This document shows positions 27,681 through 39,633 of a stretch of DNA of 64,000 nucleotides, piece after piece. The position numbers and the translations under genes are program-made. The notes below the pieces were generated by a model. The model was not told the origin of the DNA and made no database searches. It worked only from the letters and a program-made list of their open reading frames with translations. This DNA comes from the human T2T-CHM13v2.0 reference genome, Homo sapiens. Every line of letters starts with the position of its first letter. The stretch's first letter is position 1. The DNA is taken from assembly GCF_009914755.1 (NCBI RefSeq), contig NC_060925.1, one strand, 5' to 3'.

Positions 27681-30600
27681 TTCTCAATTACTAAGAGATG
27701 TTTAAGTACCCTTAGCGTGTTAGTAGATACGGTTATTTCTCCCTTTAGTTCTCTTTTGAGATTTATAGTCACTCAAATAAAGAGATAACCCAAACATAAG
27801 CGTCACAAACAGGCTTTCATGCCATTCTTAATTTGGTCCTGTAATTCTTCATTGCTGTATTAATTTTCTGATGCTTTTAAGGATGTTTTATAACAAATTG
27901 TGTAGCTTTTTCCAATGGAATGTTTATTCTGAATTATCTAATTCATATTGTAAGTATAGAGGGAGTTTAATATAAAATTATTAAACTAATATTTGTGAAA
28001 GAATGTATTTGTGCATTTAACAAATATGTTAATCCTCAGACTGTTATTGGGCAGCTGAGCATACAGGAATAAAAATAACACAATTTTTATGTGTACAATA
28101 TTTATGGAATACGTTACTGGACCCAATAAATAATTTAGTTAATAACATGACAAAGAACAGAAATTGTATACACCATAGAGCATAGTAATGGAATAATGAA
28201 TGATTAAAGTTATTAATATTAGGTAGAAAGTGAAGGGTATCTTTGAGAGCAGAATTCAAGGAAGCAAGCAATTCGCCTTATCAGGAAAGAGTTACCTGTG
28301 GATAAAGGAGAAACTGAAAAATTTACAAGTCAAGACTTTTTGAGCAAAAACAAAAATATGACTATTAGTCACCAATTCAGTACAGTGAAAAAAATGTTGA
28401 AGAGATATCTTGGAAGTAAACCATGTTGTGGAAGAGCATGTAGGGTTTTGATAATCATGGGATGATTCTGAATTAATTTTAAATGCGATAGGAATATATG
28501 AGATAATTTCACCAGAGAATAAAATGATTGTGTTTGCATTTCAAAGGGGTGTATCTGGTGCACTGTGTAGAATAAATAGGTTATGTGAGCAAATAAATTG
28601 GGAGGCTACTCTAATCCAGTGAAAAAAGGTAGTGACTTAGGTGAGAATGCTGTCAGCATGAGTGGTAGTAGTGGTGAGAAGTCGTTAGGCCATGGATGTA
28701 TTTCATAGGACTGGCCAAGAGAACTGCAGCTAAATTGGAGTGTAGGGAGTGAAATAGAGAACTCAAAGATGACTCTCAGCAATGGAAGGTGACAGCTGTC
28801 ACTGAAGCATGCTGATGCCTCTTATTAAGAGAGTTACTTGGGAATGGCAAGATCAAAACTTCTCACTTTCAAATTTATGAAAAATATTGTTTTCAGAACG
28901 AGTGACTTTGGGATCAGAAAGCCACCATTCTAATTGATGGTTCCACGACTACACGGGCTCACAGTCGCAAGAGCAAAAGTAAATCATCACAAAGGTGCTT
29001 CTTGATAATTCTAGAGAATGGAGAATTACTGTAACATCTTTCTGATTTTAGGAGAGGTAGCAGTTCCCTTTTTAGCCTAAACGCTATTTCTTTTTAAAGC
29101 TCAGCCAAGAGACTCCATTATAATTTTCAAATGTGTGTAACTTAAATTCTCATATGAAATACCACTATGCTTAAATTAGTCAAAACATTTTCCCCATCTA
29201 CAACTCTATCTTGTCATTGTAATCATGTTCACAAAAGTGACTGCAGCTCTCAGACCCTAAAAAGAGAAAATCCAGGGTAGTTTATCTGATCTAGTTAGTT
29301 TCGAAGACAGGATCTAGAGATTATTTAATATGAAATGGGTCACCTGAAATGAAGTGTTTACTGAAAACAGCTTGGATCAGCCCAGTTTTCTACCACTGAA
29401 CCATGCATTTGGTTTAAAAAACACAACAACTCTGCGGAATATCGGCTGTTTCCAACTGTGTTGAAGGTGTTAAAGAAAAGAGCATAAAATTAAAAATGAT
29501 CATCTGAGGCCTTTATAGTCTCTGCTCAAGAGACTAGAGTTTTCCATTCTTAACGAAACACCCAAATATCTTAATAATTGGGCAAAATCTAAATATCAGA
29601 GATAATTTTATCTTGAAGATTGTTAAATTATAACGGTGATTCACTAGCTTGCCACGTCTCTGAGTCAAAAATTAGGTCTTTGTTTAGGAATCAATCATAA
29701 TCTGCAATTTGGAAATAGGAAGATTTTAGAAGACTCAGACATTGACTTTCTTGTGTGCAAAAAAAAAGACGTATTGAGATAAGACAAGTCTTTCCTTGCA
29801 AGGATACCTCTAATGCTCATACACCACCTCCCCTAACATTAATAGAGCTTCCAGGTCACTAACCAGTGTCAGAGAGCAGCCCACACAACCAGAAATTCAA
29901 AAGATGTCGAACATAGGGTCAAGCTTAGAATAAGACGTCTTAGCTAATTAAGTATGCTTTTATCCCGAAATTCATATTAACAAAATCTTGGATATGTCAG
30001 AGAATGCATTCTAAGTTCACTCAACCTAGGAGGGAGAAACATAATTTTAAATTAAGAGCTGAAGCATTCTTGTCCTAACACAAAGCAAGGAAAACGAAAT
30101 ATCACACCACAGGAGGGATTTCACAAATTTGCGTCAACATCAAAACCTTAAAATAGGCAAGGAGAATGCAGATTCACAATGAACTCTTGTACTTGTTTTG
30201 TTCAGAGAAGAGACGGTTCTGAGAGAATGACAGTGAACTAACCCCAGCTGGGTTTAGTTGGTGCTTTCAACTACTGCTTCTGATCAACTCCTTTAGCTAG
30301 AATAAATTGATGAGGATTTTGGCCTGTGGTATTAGAGATGGTTATTAATTTTTTCCTCTTATTTGCATTGTTCAATATAGTAAATACTAGCTGTATATGG
30401 CTACTTCAATTCAAATTAATTACAATGAAATATACTTAAATATTGAATTTCTTAGTCACTCTTGGTTCATTATTGAATATCTTCAGCTAAGATTTCCCAA
30501 CTAAAGACACTAAGAGGTGGCTTAGTTAACCGGTCATCCACAAATATTGAAGCTGCTGTTAACTCCTGATATATTCTCTGCAAGGAGAATACTCATAAGC

Positions 30601-31197
30601 CTCCTCCTGAAATCAGCAGCCTAGAGATAGTTTTATAAACTGGATACAAGTTGGAAATCTATATACTCTTTAAGTGTTTGAAATATTAGCTTTCCAGGGA
30701 AGAAAATCAAATTCATAAGATATGCTAGGACAATTTAACTCAAGATGTTCAAAACTGAAATGACATATTCTACAACATGTGATAAAACCACCCCCTAACA
30801 ACTTAAAGCAAAACAGGGGTGGACCTTAAAGACCTGCCTTTTCCTCATCCCCCAGCCAATCAGTTTTCAAATCTTGCATTTTATTTTGAAAGGTCCCTAT
30901 CCCCCTGGTCTCTTGTTTCTAGACTTGGCACATATTTAAGTTTGTTACCTCTCTCTACTGACTTTTCTCTCTTCAAACAGTATCTATGCCTGCCAAATGT
31001 GAACGTACAAGAAACAAATCAGAATGTGCCATTCTGATTTAAACTGCTTATTAGTTAATACCCTCAAGATAACATCTGGGTTCTTAGCTTCAATGAGTCA
31101 AGCCTACTTACATCTTTTTGTCTTTGGCTGCACATTTCCTATCACATCGCACTCCAGCAATGCCAAGCTGTGCCGGCCTTCCACTCCATCTCCATTA

Positions 31198-32748
31198 TTT
31201 CGCCCTCCGCCGCCACCGCCGCGGCTTTTTCCCGCCCCCCCGCCGCCGCGGCTTATTCCCCCCACCCCGCCTAGGCTTTTTGCCCGCCGCTGCTTTGTGC
31301 CCCCCGGCGCCAGGGCTTTTAGCCCGCCGCGGCTTTTTGACCCCTCGCCGCTGCGAATTTTGCCGCCGCGGCTTTTTGTCCCCCGCTGCTGCGGCATTTT
31401 GCCCCCCTCCGCTTTTTGCCCCCCCGCCGCCGTGGCTTTTTCCCCCCTGCCCCCACGGCTTTTTACCCGCCTCGGCTTTTTACCCCCAGCCGCCTCGGCT
31501 TTTAGACCCCACCCCGCCTCGGGTTTTTGCCCGCCGGGGCTTTGTGCCCCTCGCCGCCGCGGCTTTTTGCCCGCCGTGGCTTCCCCACCCCCCGCCGCGG
31601 CTTTTTGTCCCCCTGCGCCACGGCTTTTTGCCCGCCGCGCCTTTTTCTCCCCGCCGCCGCGACTTTTTGCCCGCAGCGACTTTTTACCCCCGCCGCCGTG
31701 GCTTTTTGCCCCATCGCCGCTGCGGCTTTCTGCCCCCACCCGCCGCTGCGGCTTTTTGCGCCCCCGCCGCCCCGGCGCCAGGGCTTTTAGTCCGCCCCGG
31801 CTTTTTGACCCCTCGCCGTTGCGAGTTTTGTCGCCGCGGCTTTTTGCCCGCCCCCCGCCGCTGCGGCTTTTTGCCCCCCGCCGCCTTTTGCCCCCTCGCC
31901 GCCGCGGCTTTTTCCCGCCGTGGATTTTTCCCCCCTGCCCCCGCGACTTTTCACCCGCCGCAGCTTTTTGCCCCCACCCCGCCTCGGCTTTTTGCCCGCC
32001 GCGGCTTTTTGCCCCCCGCCGCCGCGGCTTTTTGCCCCCACCCCTCCTCGGCTTTTTGCCCGCCGCGGCTTTGTGCCCCCCTCACCGCCGCGGCTTTCTG
32101 CCACCCACCCGCCGCCGCAGCTTTTTGCCCCCACCCTGCCTCGGCTTTTTGCCCGCCGAGGCGTTTTGCCCCCCGCCGCTTTTCGCACCCCGCCGCCGCG
32201 GCTTTTTCCCCGCCGTGGCTTTTCCCCCCTGCCCCCGCGGCCTTTTACCCGCCGCAGCTTTTTGCCACCCGCCGCCGCGGCTTTTTGCCTCCACCCCGCC
32301 TCGGCTTCTTGCCCACCGCGGCTTTTTACCCCGCGCCGCCGCGGCTTTTTGCCCGCCGCGGATTTGTGCCCCCCTCGCCGCCGCGGCTTTTTGCCCGCCG
32401 CGGCTTTCTGCCACACACCCGCCGCCGCGGCTTTTTGCCCCACCGCCGACACAGCTTTTTGCACACTCGCCGCCTTGGCTTTTTGCCGCCGCGGCTTTCT
32501 GCCCCCTCGCTGCCACGGCTTTTTGCCCCTCCGCCACCGCCGCTGCTTTTTGCCCCACCGCCGCCGTGGCTTTTTGCCCACCGCGGCTTTTTGCCATCGC
32601 GGCTTTTTACTCGCCACGGCCTTTTACCCGCCGCGGCTTTTTGCGCCCCGCTGTCACGGCTTTTTGTCCCCCTGCCGCAGCGACTTTTTCGCCGCCGCGG
32701 CGTTTTGCCCCCGCCGCCGAGGATTTTTGTCCCCGCCGCCACGGCTCT
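31198..32748 (+). repeat. GC-rich GCTTTTTGC (CAAAAAG) pericentromeric tandem array, CpG-island-like
   Basis: Dozens of degenerate ~17-22-nt units of type (C)nGCCGCCGCGGCTTTTTG. The + strand is A-poor and CpG-dense. Confidence 0.95.
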
Positions 32749-33955
32749 GAGGGCGGGAGCGGCAGACTCGGCTGCCAGCTCTACTGGCGTCCTGGCAAGG
32801 GCAGCTCTGAGGGGTGCTCCTGGTCCAGCTCTCCTGGCTCAGGGATTCCTTGCCTAGGCGCCGGCGCCCCAGGCTCCTTGCCTAGGCCCCTGTGGCCTGC
32901 ATAGAGTGGCGCTGCCTGTGGAGGCGATGGGAGAGAAGAAGGAGGGCGGTGGTGGGGGTGATGCGGCGGCCACGGAGGGTGGCACAGGGGCTGCGGCCAG
33001 CCGGGCGCTGCAGCAGTGCGGGCAGCTCCAGAAGCTCATCGTCATCTTCATTGGCAGCCTGTGCGGGCTGTGCACCAAGTGCGCTGTGTCCAACGACCTC
33101 ACCCAGCAGGAGATACAGACCCTGGAGGTAAGGGGTTCGGGGACCCGGGCTGGGCTCCAGGAGCGGCCCGGACACCTCCTTCGGGGCCCCAGTTCACTCC
33201 TGGCCGAGTTGCATCTTTGAGCCCACGTCACCCCCTTGGAGGCTTCCCCTCCCTCCTGCACTCGCTGATGCGGCACCAGGGGACCCAGGACCAGCCCTCA
33301 CCTTGGGCAGGATTTGTGGAGCGGGTGCGTGGTGGGAACTGGGATGGAGGCTCCAGGGTCCCGTGGGGGTGGGGGTGGGCTGCGTGAGGACATCCCCTTA
33401 CCCCCTGAATTTCCATCTGGTCCAGCCCTCTCATCTTGTAGGTGAGGAAACCGAAGGCCTGAGGGAGAAATGACTTGCCAGGAACCCCTGTTAAGGAAAA
33501 TTAACAAAGTGTGGTTATTAAAGAAGAACTGAGTTGGGAGTCAGACCTGGAGGCCCGCACCCGTGGTTAAGACATTATACCACCTTGAGTCTGGCCTGTT
33601 GACTGAGGGTGAGCCACTCCATCCTCATGTGATTGTGGGGTCTTAACCTCAAGGGGTTTCCTGCAGGAAGAAGCAAATGGGTTTGCTTTCCTAGCTCTGT
33701 CCAGTACGTTAGGGACCCTGAGGACTGAAGAGATTCTTGGAGAGCCATCTGGTGTATGTCATGGGTGGGTCTTTTTGGAAGGTCAGTCTGCCCAGTGGGC
33801 TGGCTCAGCCCAAATGAACTGTCTTGAATCTTTGGAGTTGTCTGTGTACTTTTAAGGGCTTCTCAGCCTTGCACCAAAAGATCCCCCTGGAAATTAGGTG
33901 GGAAAAACCTTAACTTTTGTGGGGCCTTGTGTTTGTCTTAAAAGTTCATGCACAT

Positions 33956-34221
33956 AGCCAGGTGTGGTGGCTCCCACCTGTTATCCTTTCCTGGATCCCT
34001 TGAGTCAAGGAGTTTGAGACCAACCTGGACAATATAGTGAGACCCCATCTCTACAAAAAATAAAATATTAGCCAGGGGTGGTTGTGCGCATCTGTAGTCC
34101 CAGCTACTACTGTGGCTGAGGCGGGAGGAGCACTTGATCCTGCACTGAGCTCTGATCTCACCAGTGTACTCCAGCCTGGGCCACAGAGCAAGACCGTGAC
34201 TCAAAAAAAAAAAAAAAAAAA
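33956..34221 (+). mobile_element. Alu (AluJ-like) with left-arm deletion
   Basis: gccaggtgtggtggctccc...gagcaagaccgtgactc followed by an A tail. Confidence 0.92.
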
Positions 34222-34899
34222 GACAAGAAAAATTCTTCAAGATTTTGCATTCTGTCCCACTACCCATTGGTTTTCATGTCAAGATAATGTCAGAAATTCT
34301 TTACAATTGCTTCCAGAAGGAGTAGCCTTTTGATCTAGTGCACAGGTGTCCAGTCTTTTGGCTTCTCAGGGCCACATTGGAAGAAGAATGCTCCTGGGCC
34401 GCACATAAAATACACTAATGCTAAAACAGCTGATGGGGTTAAAAAAAAAAAAAGGTTTGTGCATAATTTTCATGCTACCCACCACCACAGATAGGTGGAA
34501 AAGTCCTTGTAGGCAAAGGGTTGGACACGGCTGATCTAGTGTCTTGTCGTCCGTTTTGGCTTTCTCCCTGATTCCAGAATGCAGGTAGAGATGTAGAGAC
34601 ATGCTCTCAGGACAGCTGTTGAGATAAAAAAAATTCGTTGTCATTTATTCCCAAGCACAGCTGTTTCTCATTGCATTGAAAAAGTCTCCATTCAAACTGC
34701 TGTCACATATAAAATCTATTTATGTAAGTCTGTATTTTTCTGTTGTCTTGGCCTTTGTAGGCAGTAGTGTGTTTTAACCGAGCAAACTGTCCTTCCAAAT
34801 AATGAAGCCGAAGTCAGCCTACCTACTTGCCATTTTTCTTCCCCTTCCATTTTTGTAACCTCAGAATAATTGTAAGAATGAATTAAGATTTGTGTTTAA

Positions 34900-35052
34900 G
34901 GCCAGGCACAGTGTCTCAGGCCTGCAATCTCAGCACTTTGGGAGGCGGAGACGGTTGTATCGCTTGAGCTCAGGAGTTGAAGACCAGCCTGGGCAACATA
35001 CTGAGACTCTGTCTTGTATAATTTAATTAAAATTGAAAAAAAGAAGAGAAAA
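34900..35052 (+). mobile_element. FLAM-like Alu monomer
   Basis: ggccaggcacagtgtctc...gagactctgtct; TSD aagatttgtgtttaa / aagacctgtgtttaa. Confidence 0.88.
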
Positions 35053-35921
35053 AGACCTGTGTTTAAAATTTAAAAAAAGGGGGGGGAAAGTGTAATGCAA
35101 AATGTGGACTATGCCAGCTATGATTGGGAAAACTAGTTTTTCATACAGCATTATCTGTAGACTTGTATTAGCAGCATACTGGTCATAAGCGTTTTGCTTT
35201 CCTCAAATATGATGAGGCAAGCTAATTTAAAGTGTGTTGGGGCTTTCTGCCGCGTGGCTCCTGGAGGTGTTGAGTCCCAATTTAGCCAATTAATTTAGGT
35301 TTAGTTTTGACGTGGATAAGGGAGACCAGCTTCATTCATGGTGTACACACAGTTTTGCGAATAAGGAAAAAAAAAAGCCACCTGAATGTTCCTACTCATT
35401 AGATGCTATCTGGAGAGCTCCTACCCCACCCTCACCAAGGCCCGGGCCATTAAAAAGACTCAATGCAGCCTTTCTGTATCTCATACTGTATTCTGCAAGA
35501 TACTCCTCTGAAAGAAAGTTGTGCTGCATCAGCCATCTCCCTCCTGAAGATCCCTGCGGATGAAGATTTGTGTTTTGAAAGTTCTGAGAATTCCTGCAAC
35601 AACAATTCTCAAACTTATTTGTCCATGGGATCTTCTCTTCCACTGAATGTAGTTGGGGAGACACAGCCTTAAGCCTTGAGCAGAGAAAGAGACAAGAAAC
35701 TGTCGGCTCACTTACAACCAAGTGTTGTGTTTATGTTTTAGGTTTTTATGAAACTGAGGTGCTGTTTGAGGTTTTAAATGAAATTGGGTGGTTGAGGAGA
35801 GGCTGCTATCCCTGTAGACTTAGCCAGCCATGAGAAGTTGCCTTTTGTTGAAGGAGGTGTTTTAGAAAGGGAAATAGGGTGTCTCCTGGGCATCGCATTA
35901 GCAATTAAATACATGTATCAC

Positions 35922-38900
35922 TGAAATGAAATGATATGATGAAATGATGAAATGAAATGATGAAATGATGAAATGAAACGAAATGATGAAATGAAGAAAT
36001 GAAATAATGAGCTGAAATGATGATGAAATGAAATGAAATGATGAAATGGAATGATGAAAAATGAAATGATGACATAAAATGGTGAAATGAAATGAAATGA
36101 AATAATGAAGTGAAATGAAATGAAATGATGAAATGATGAAATGAAATGAAAAGATGAAATGATGAATTGAGGAAATGTATGAAATGATGAAATGAAACGA
36201 AATGAAGTGAATGATGAAATGACGAAAAAATGAAATTAAATGATGAATTGATGAAATGAAATGATGAGATGAAAAGGTGAAAAGAAACGAAATGATTAAA
36301 TGAAATGAGGAGACGAAAAGATGAAATGAAATGATGAGATGAAATGAAATGATGTGATGAAATGATGAGATGAAGTGAAATGATGAAATGAAATGATGAG
36401 ATGAAATGAAATAATGCAATGAAAGATGATATGATGAGATGAAGTGAAATGATGAAATGATGAAATGTGATGAAATGGAATGATGAAATGAAATGATGAA
36501 ATGAAATTGTGAAATGAAATGAGGAAATGAAATGGAATGATGAAATGAAATGAAAAGATCAAACGGTGAAGTGAAGAAATGATATGAAATGATGAAATGA
36601 AATGAAATGAGGAAATGAAGTTAAATGATTAAATGATGAAATAATGAAATGAAATGAAATGATGAAATGATGAATTGATGAAATGATCAAATGAAATGAC
36701 GAGATGAAAAGATGAAATGAAATGATGAAATGTAATGACGAGATGAAAAGATGAAATGAGATGAAATGATGAGATGAAATGAAATCATGAGATGATGAAA
36801 TGATGAGATGAAGTGAAATGATGAAATGATGAGATGAAATGAAATGATGAAATGAAATGAAATGTTGAGATGAAATGATGAAATGAAATGAAAGAATGAA
36901 ATGAAATGATGAAATGAGATGAAATGAAATCATGAGATGAAATGATGAAATGATGAGATGAAGTGAAATGATGAAATGATGAAATGTAATGAAATGATGA
37001 AATGGAATGATGAAATGAAATGATGAAATGAAATGGTGAAATGAGGAAATGAAATGAAATGATGAAATGAAGTGAAATGATGAAATGATGAAATGAAATG
37101 AGAAGATCAAATGGTGAAATGAAGAAATGATATGAAATGATGAAATGAAATGAAGTGATGAAATGAAGTTGAATGATTAAATGATGAAATAATGAAATGA
37201 AATGATGAAATGATGAATTGATGAAATGATCAAATGAAATGAGATGAAAAGATGAGATGAAATGAAATGATGAAATGAAATGACGAGATGAAAAGATGAA
37301 ATGAGATGAAATGAGATGAAATGAAATCGTGAGATGATGAAATGATGAGATGAAGTGAAATGATGAAATGATGAAATGTGATGAAATGGAATGATGAAAT
37401 GAAATGATGAAATGAAATTGTGAAATGAAATGAGGAAATGAAATGGAATGATGAAATGAAATGAAAAGATCAAATGGTGAAGTGAAGAAATGATATGAAA
37501 TGATGAAATGAAATGAAATGAGGAAATGAAGTTAAATGATTAAATGATGAAATAATGAAATGAAATGAAATGATGAAATGATGAATTGATGAAATGATCA
37601 AATGAAATGACGAGATGAAAAGATGAAATGAAATGATGAAATGTAATGACGAGATGAAAAGATGAAATGAGATGAAATGATGAGATGAAATGAAATCATG
37701 AGATGATGAAATGATGAGATGAAGTGAAATGATGAAATGAAATGAAATGTTGAGATGAAATGATGAAATGAAATGAAAGAATGAAGTGAAATGATGAAAT
37801 GAGATGAAATGAAATCATGAGATGAAATGATGAAATGATGAGATGAAGTGAAATGATGAAATGATGAAATGTAATGAAATGATGAAATGGAATGATGAAA
37901 TGAAATGAGGAAATGAAATGGTGAAATGAAATGAGGAAATGAAATGATGAAATGAAATGAAGTGAAATGATGAAATGATGAAATGAAATGAGAAGATCAA
38001 ATGGTGAAATGAAGAAATGATATGAAATGATGAAATGAAATGAAGTGATGAAATGAAGTTAAATGATTAAATGATGAAATAATGAAATGAAATGATGAAA
38101 TGATGAATTGATGAAATGATCAAATGAAATGAGATGAAAAGATGAGATGAAATGAAATGATGAAATGAAATGACGAGATGAAAAGATGAAACGAGATGAA
38201 ATGAGATGAAATCGTGAGATGATGAAATGATGAGATGAAGTGAAATGATGAAATGATGGAATGACAAAATGCAACAATGAGAAGAAATTATGAAATGAAA
38301 TAATGAAATGAAAGGATGAAATGATGAGATGAAATGATGAAAGGATGAAATGAAATGATGAGGAAATGAAAAGATGAAATGAAATGAATAAGTGAAATGA
38401 TGAAATGATTGAATGAAAACATGAAATGATGAAATGATATGAAATGATGACATGAAGTCAAATGATGCAATGATGAAATAAATGAAATGAAATGATGAAA
38501 TGAAATGAGATGAAATGATGAAATGATGAGATGAAAAGATGAAATGAAATGATGAGATGAAATGAAATGAGATGAAATGAAATGAGATGAAATGAAATCA
38601 TGAGATGAAAAGATGAAATGAGATTAAGTGAAATGACGAAATGAAATGTCGAGATGAAGTGATGAAATGAAATGAAATGAAACAATGAAATGAAGTGAAA
38701 TGAAATGAGATGAAATGATGAGATGAAATGATGAATTGATGAAATGAAATGAGATGAAAAGATGAAATGAAATGATGAAATGATGAGATGAAAAGATAAA
38801 ATGATGAGATGAAATGAAATGATGAGATGAAATGAAATGGTGAGATGAAATGAAATGATGAGATGAAATGATGAGATGAAGTGAAATGATGAAATGAAAT

Positions 38901-39167
38901 GTTGAGATGAAATGATGAAATGAAATGAAAGAATGAAATGAAATGATAAAATGAGATGAAATGATAAGATGAAATGATGAAATGGAAGGATGAAATGAAA
39001 TGATGAAATGAGGAAATGAGATGAAATGATGAAATGATGAAATGAAAGGATGAAATGAGGAAATGAGATGAAATGATGAAATGATGAAATGAAAGGATGA
39101 AATGAGGAAATGAAATGAAATGATGAAAAGAAATGAAATAATGAAATGAAATGATGTAATAGATGAA
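35922..39167 (+). repeat. Simple satellite built from GAAAT, GAT and GAGAT units
   Basis: About 3.2 kb of gaaatgatgaaatgaaatgatgagat-type sequence; the + strand is almost free of C. Confidence 0.97.
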
Positions 39168-39261
39168 CCAAAAATTCTTATTCACTTTTTTTCTGGGCAT
39201 CTTCCTAAGAGTATTTTAGTGAGGTTAATTTCTAAATATAAATTGCTATTCAATGGCTATA

Positions 39262-39633
39262 CAGTTGGCCTTTGCACCACAGGGGTTTGAACTGTGCACG
39301 TCCACTTAGCAAAACCAACAATTCTACATCCTTATCCACATCCTGCCCATGAGAAAGATGAGGATGAAGACCTGTTTGATCATCTACTTCCATTTAATAA
39401 CTAGTAAATCTATTTTCCTTATGATTTTCTTTTTTCTTTTCTCTGGCATGTTTGTTAAGAATACAGTATATAAGACATATAACATATTAAATATGTGTTA
39501 ATTGACTGTGTTATTTGTCAGGCTTACAGTAGGCTATTAGTAGTTAAGTTTTGGGGGAGTCAAAGTTATAGTGTATTTTCTACCGTGCAGGGGGTCCAGC
39601 ACCCCAACCTCCGTGTTGCTTAAGGGTCAACCG
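39262..39633 (+). mobile_element. Tigger2a-like (MER28) DNA transposon with both termini
   Basis: ta-cagttggcctttg ... taagggtcaaccg-ta inverted termini with TA TSD; internal gaggatgaagacct and agtaggctattagtagttaagttttggggg. Confidence 0.85.

Larger units (their letters stand above)
32749..35921 (+). pseudogene. KSR1: Unprocessed KSR1 5' fragment: 5' UTR remnant, coding exon 1 (32897-33127) and start of intron 1 (KSR1P1-like)
   Basis: [77 protein letters not shown]|gtaagg aligns without gaps to KSR1 residues 1-77. The first ATG has become CTG, the second ATG (32927) is retained, and the donor at 33128 is intact. The extent of the intronic part is inferred. Confidence 0.93.

Noticed and set aside
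31198-32748. CRISPR-like or terminator-array interpretation of the repeated GC stem plus T5 units
   Set aside because: There are no unique spacers and no cas genes, the context is primate (Alu, L1), and the units are degenerate tandem copies.
31024-32904. 626-aa, 579-aa and other long overlapping Pro/Arg/Ala-rich ORFs on both strands
   Set aside because: They are translations of the GCTTTTTGC array, whose composition rarely forms stop codons. Several frames are open at once and there is no domain content.
35922-39167. Calling the satellite classical HSat2/HSat3
   Set aside because: The dominant word is GAAAT/GAT; GGAAT is rare and the HSat2 CATTCGATTC motif is not seen.
35898-39200. Phe/His/Ile/Ser-rich - strand ORFs up to 237 aa
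   Set aside because: They are translations of the ATTTC/ATC satellite strand, which seldom forms stop codons.
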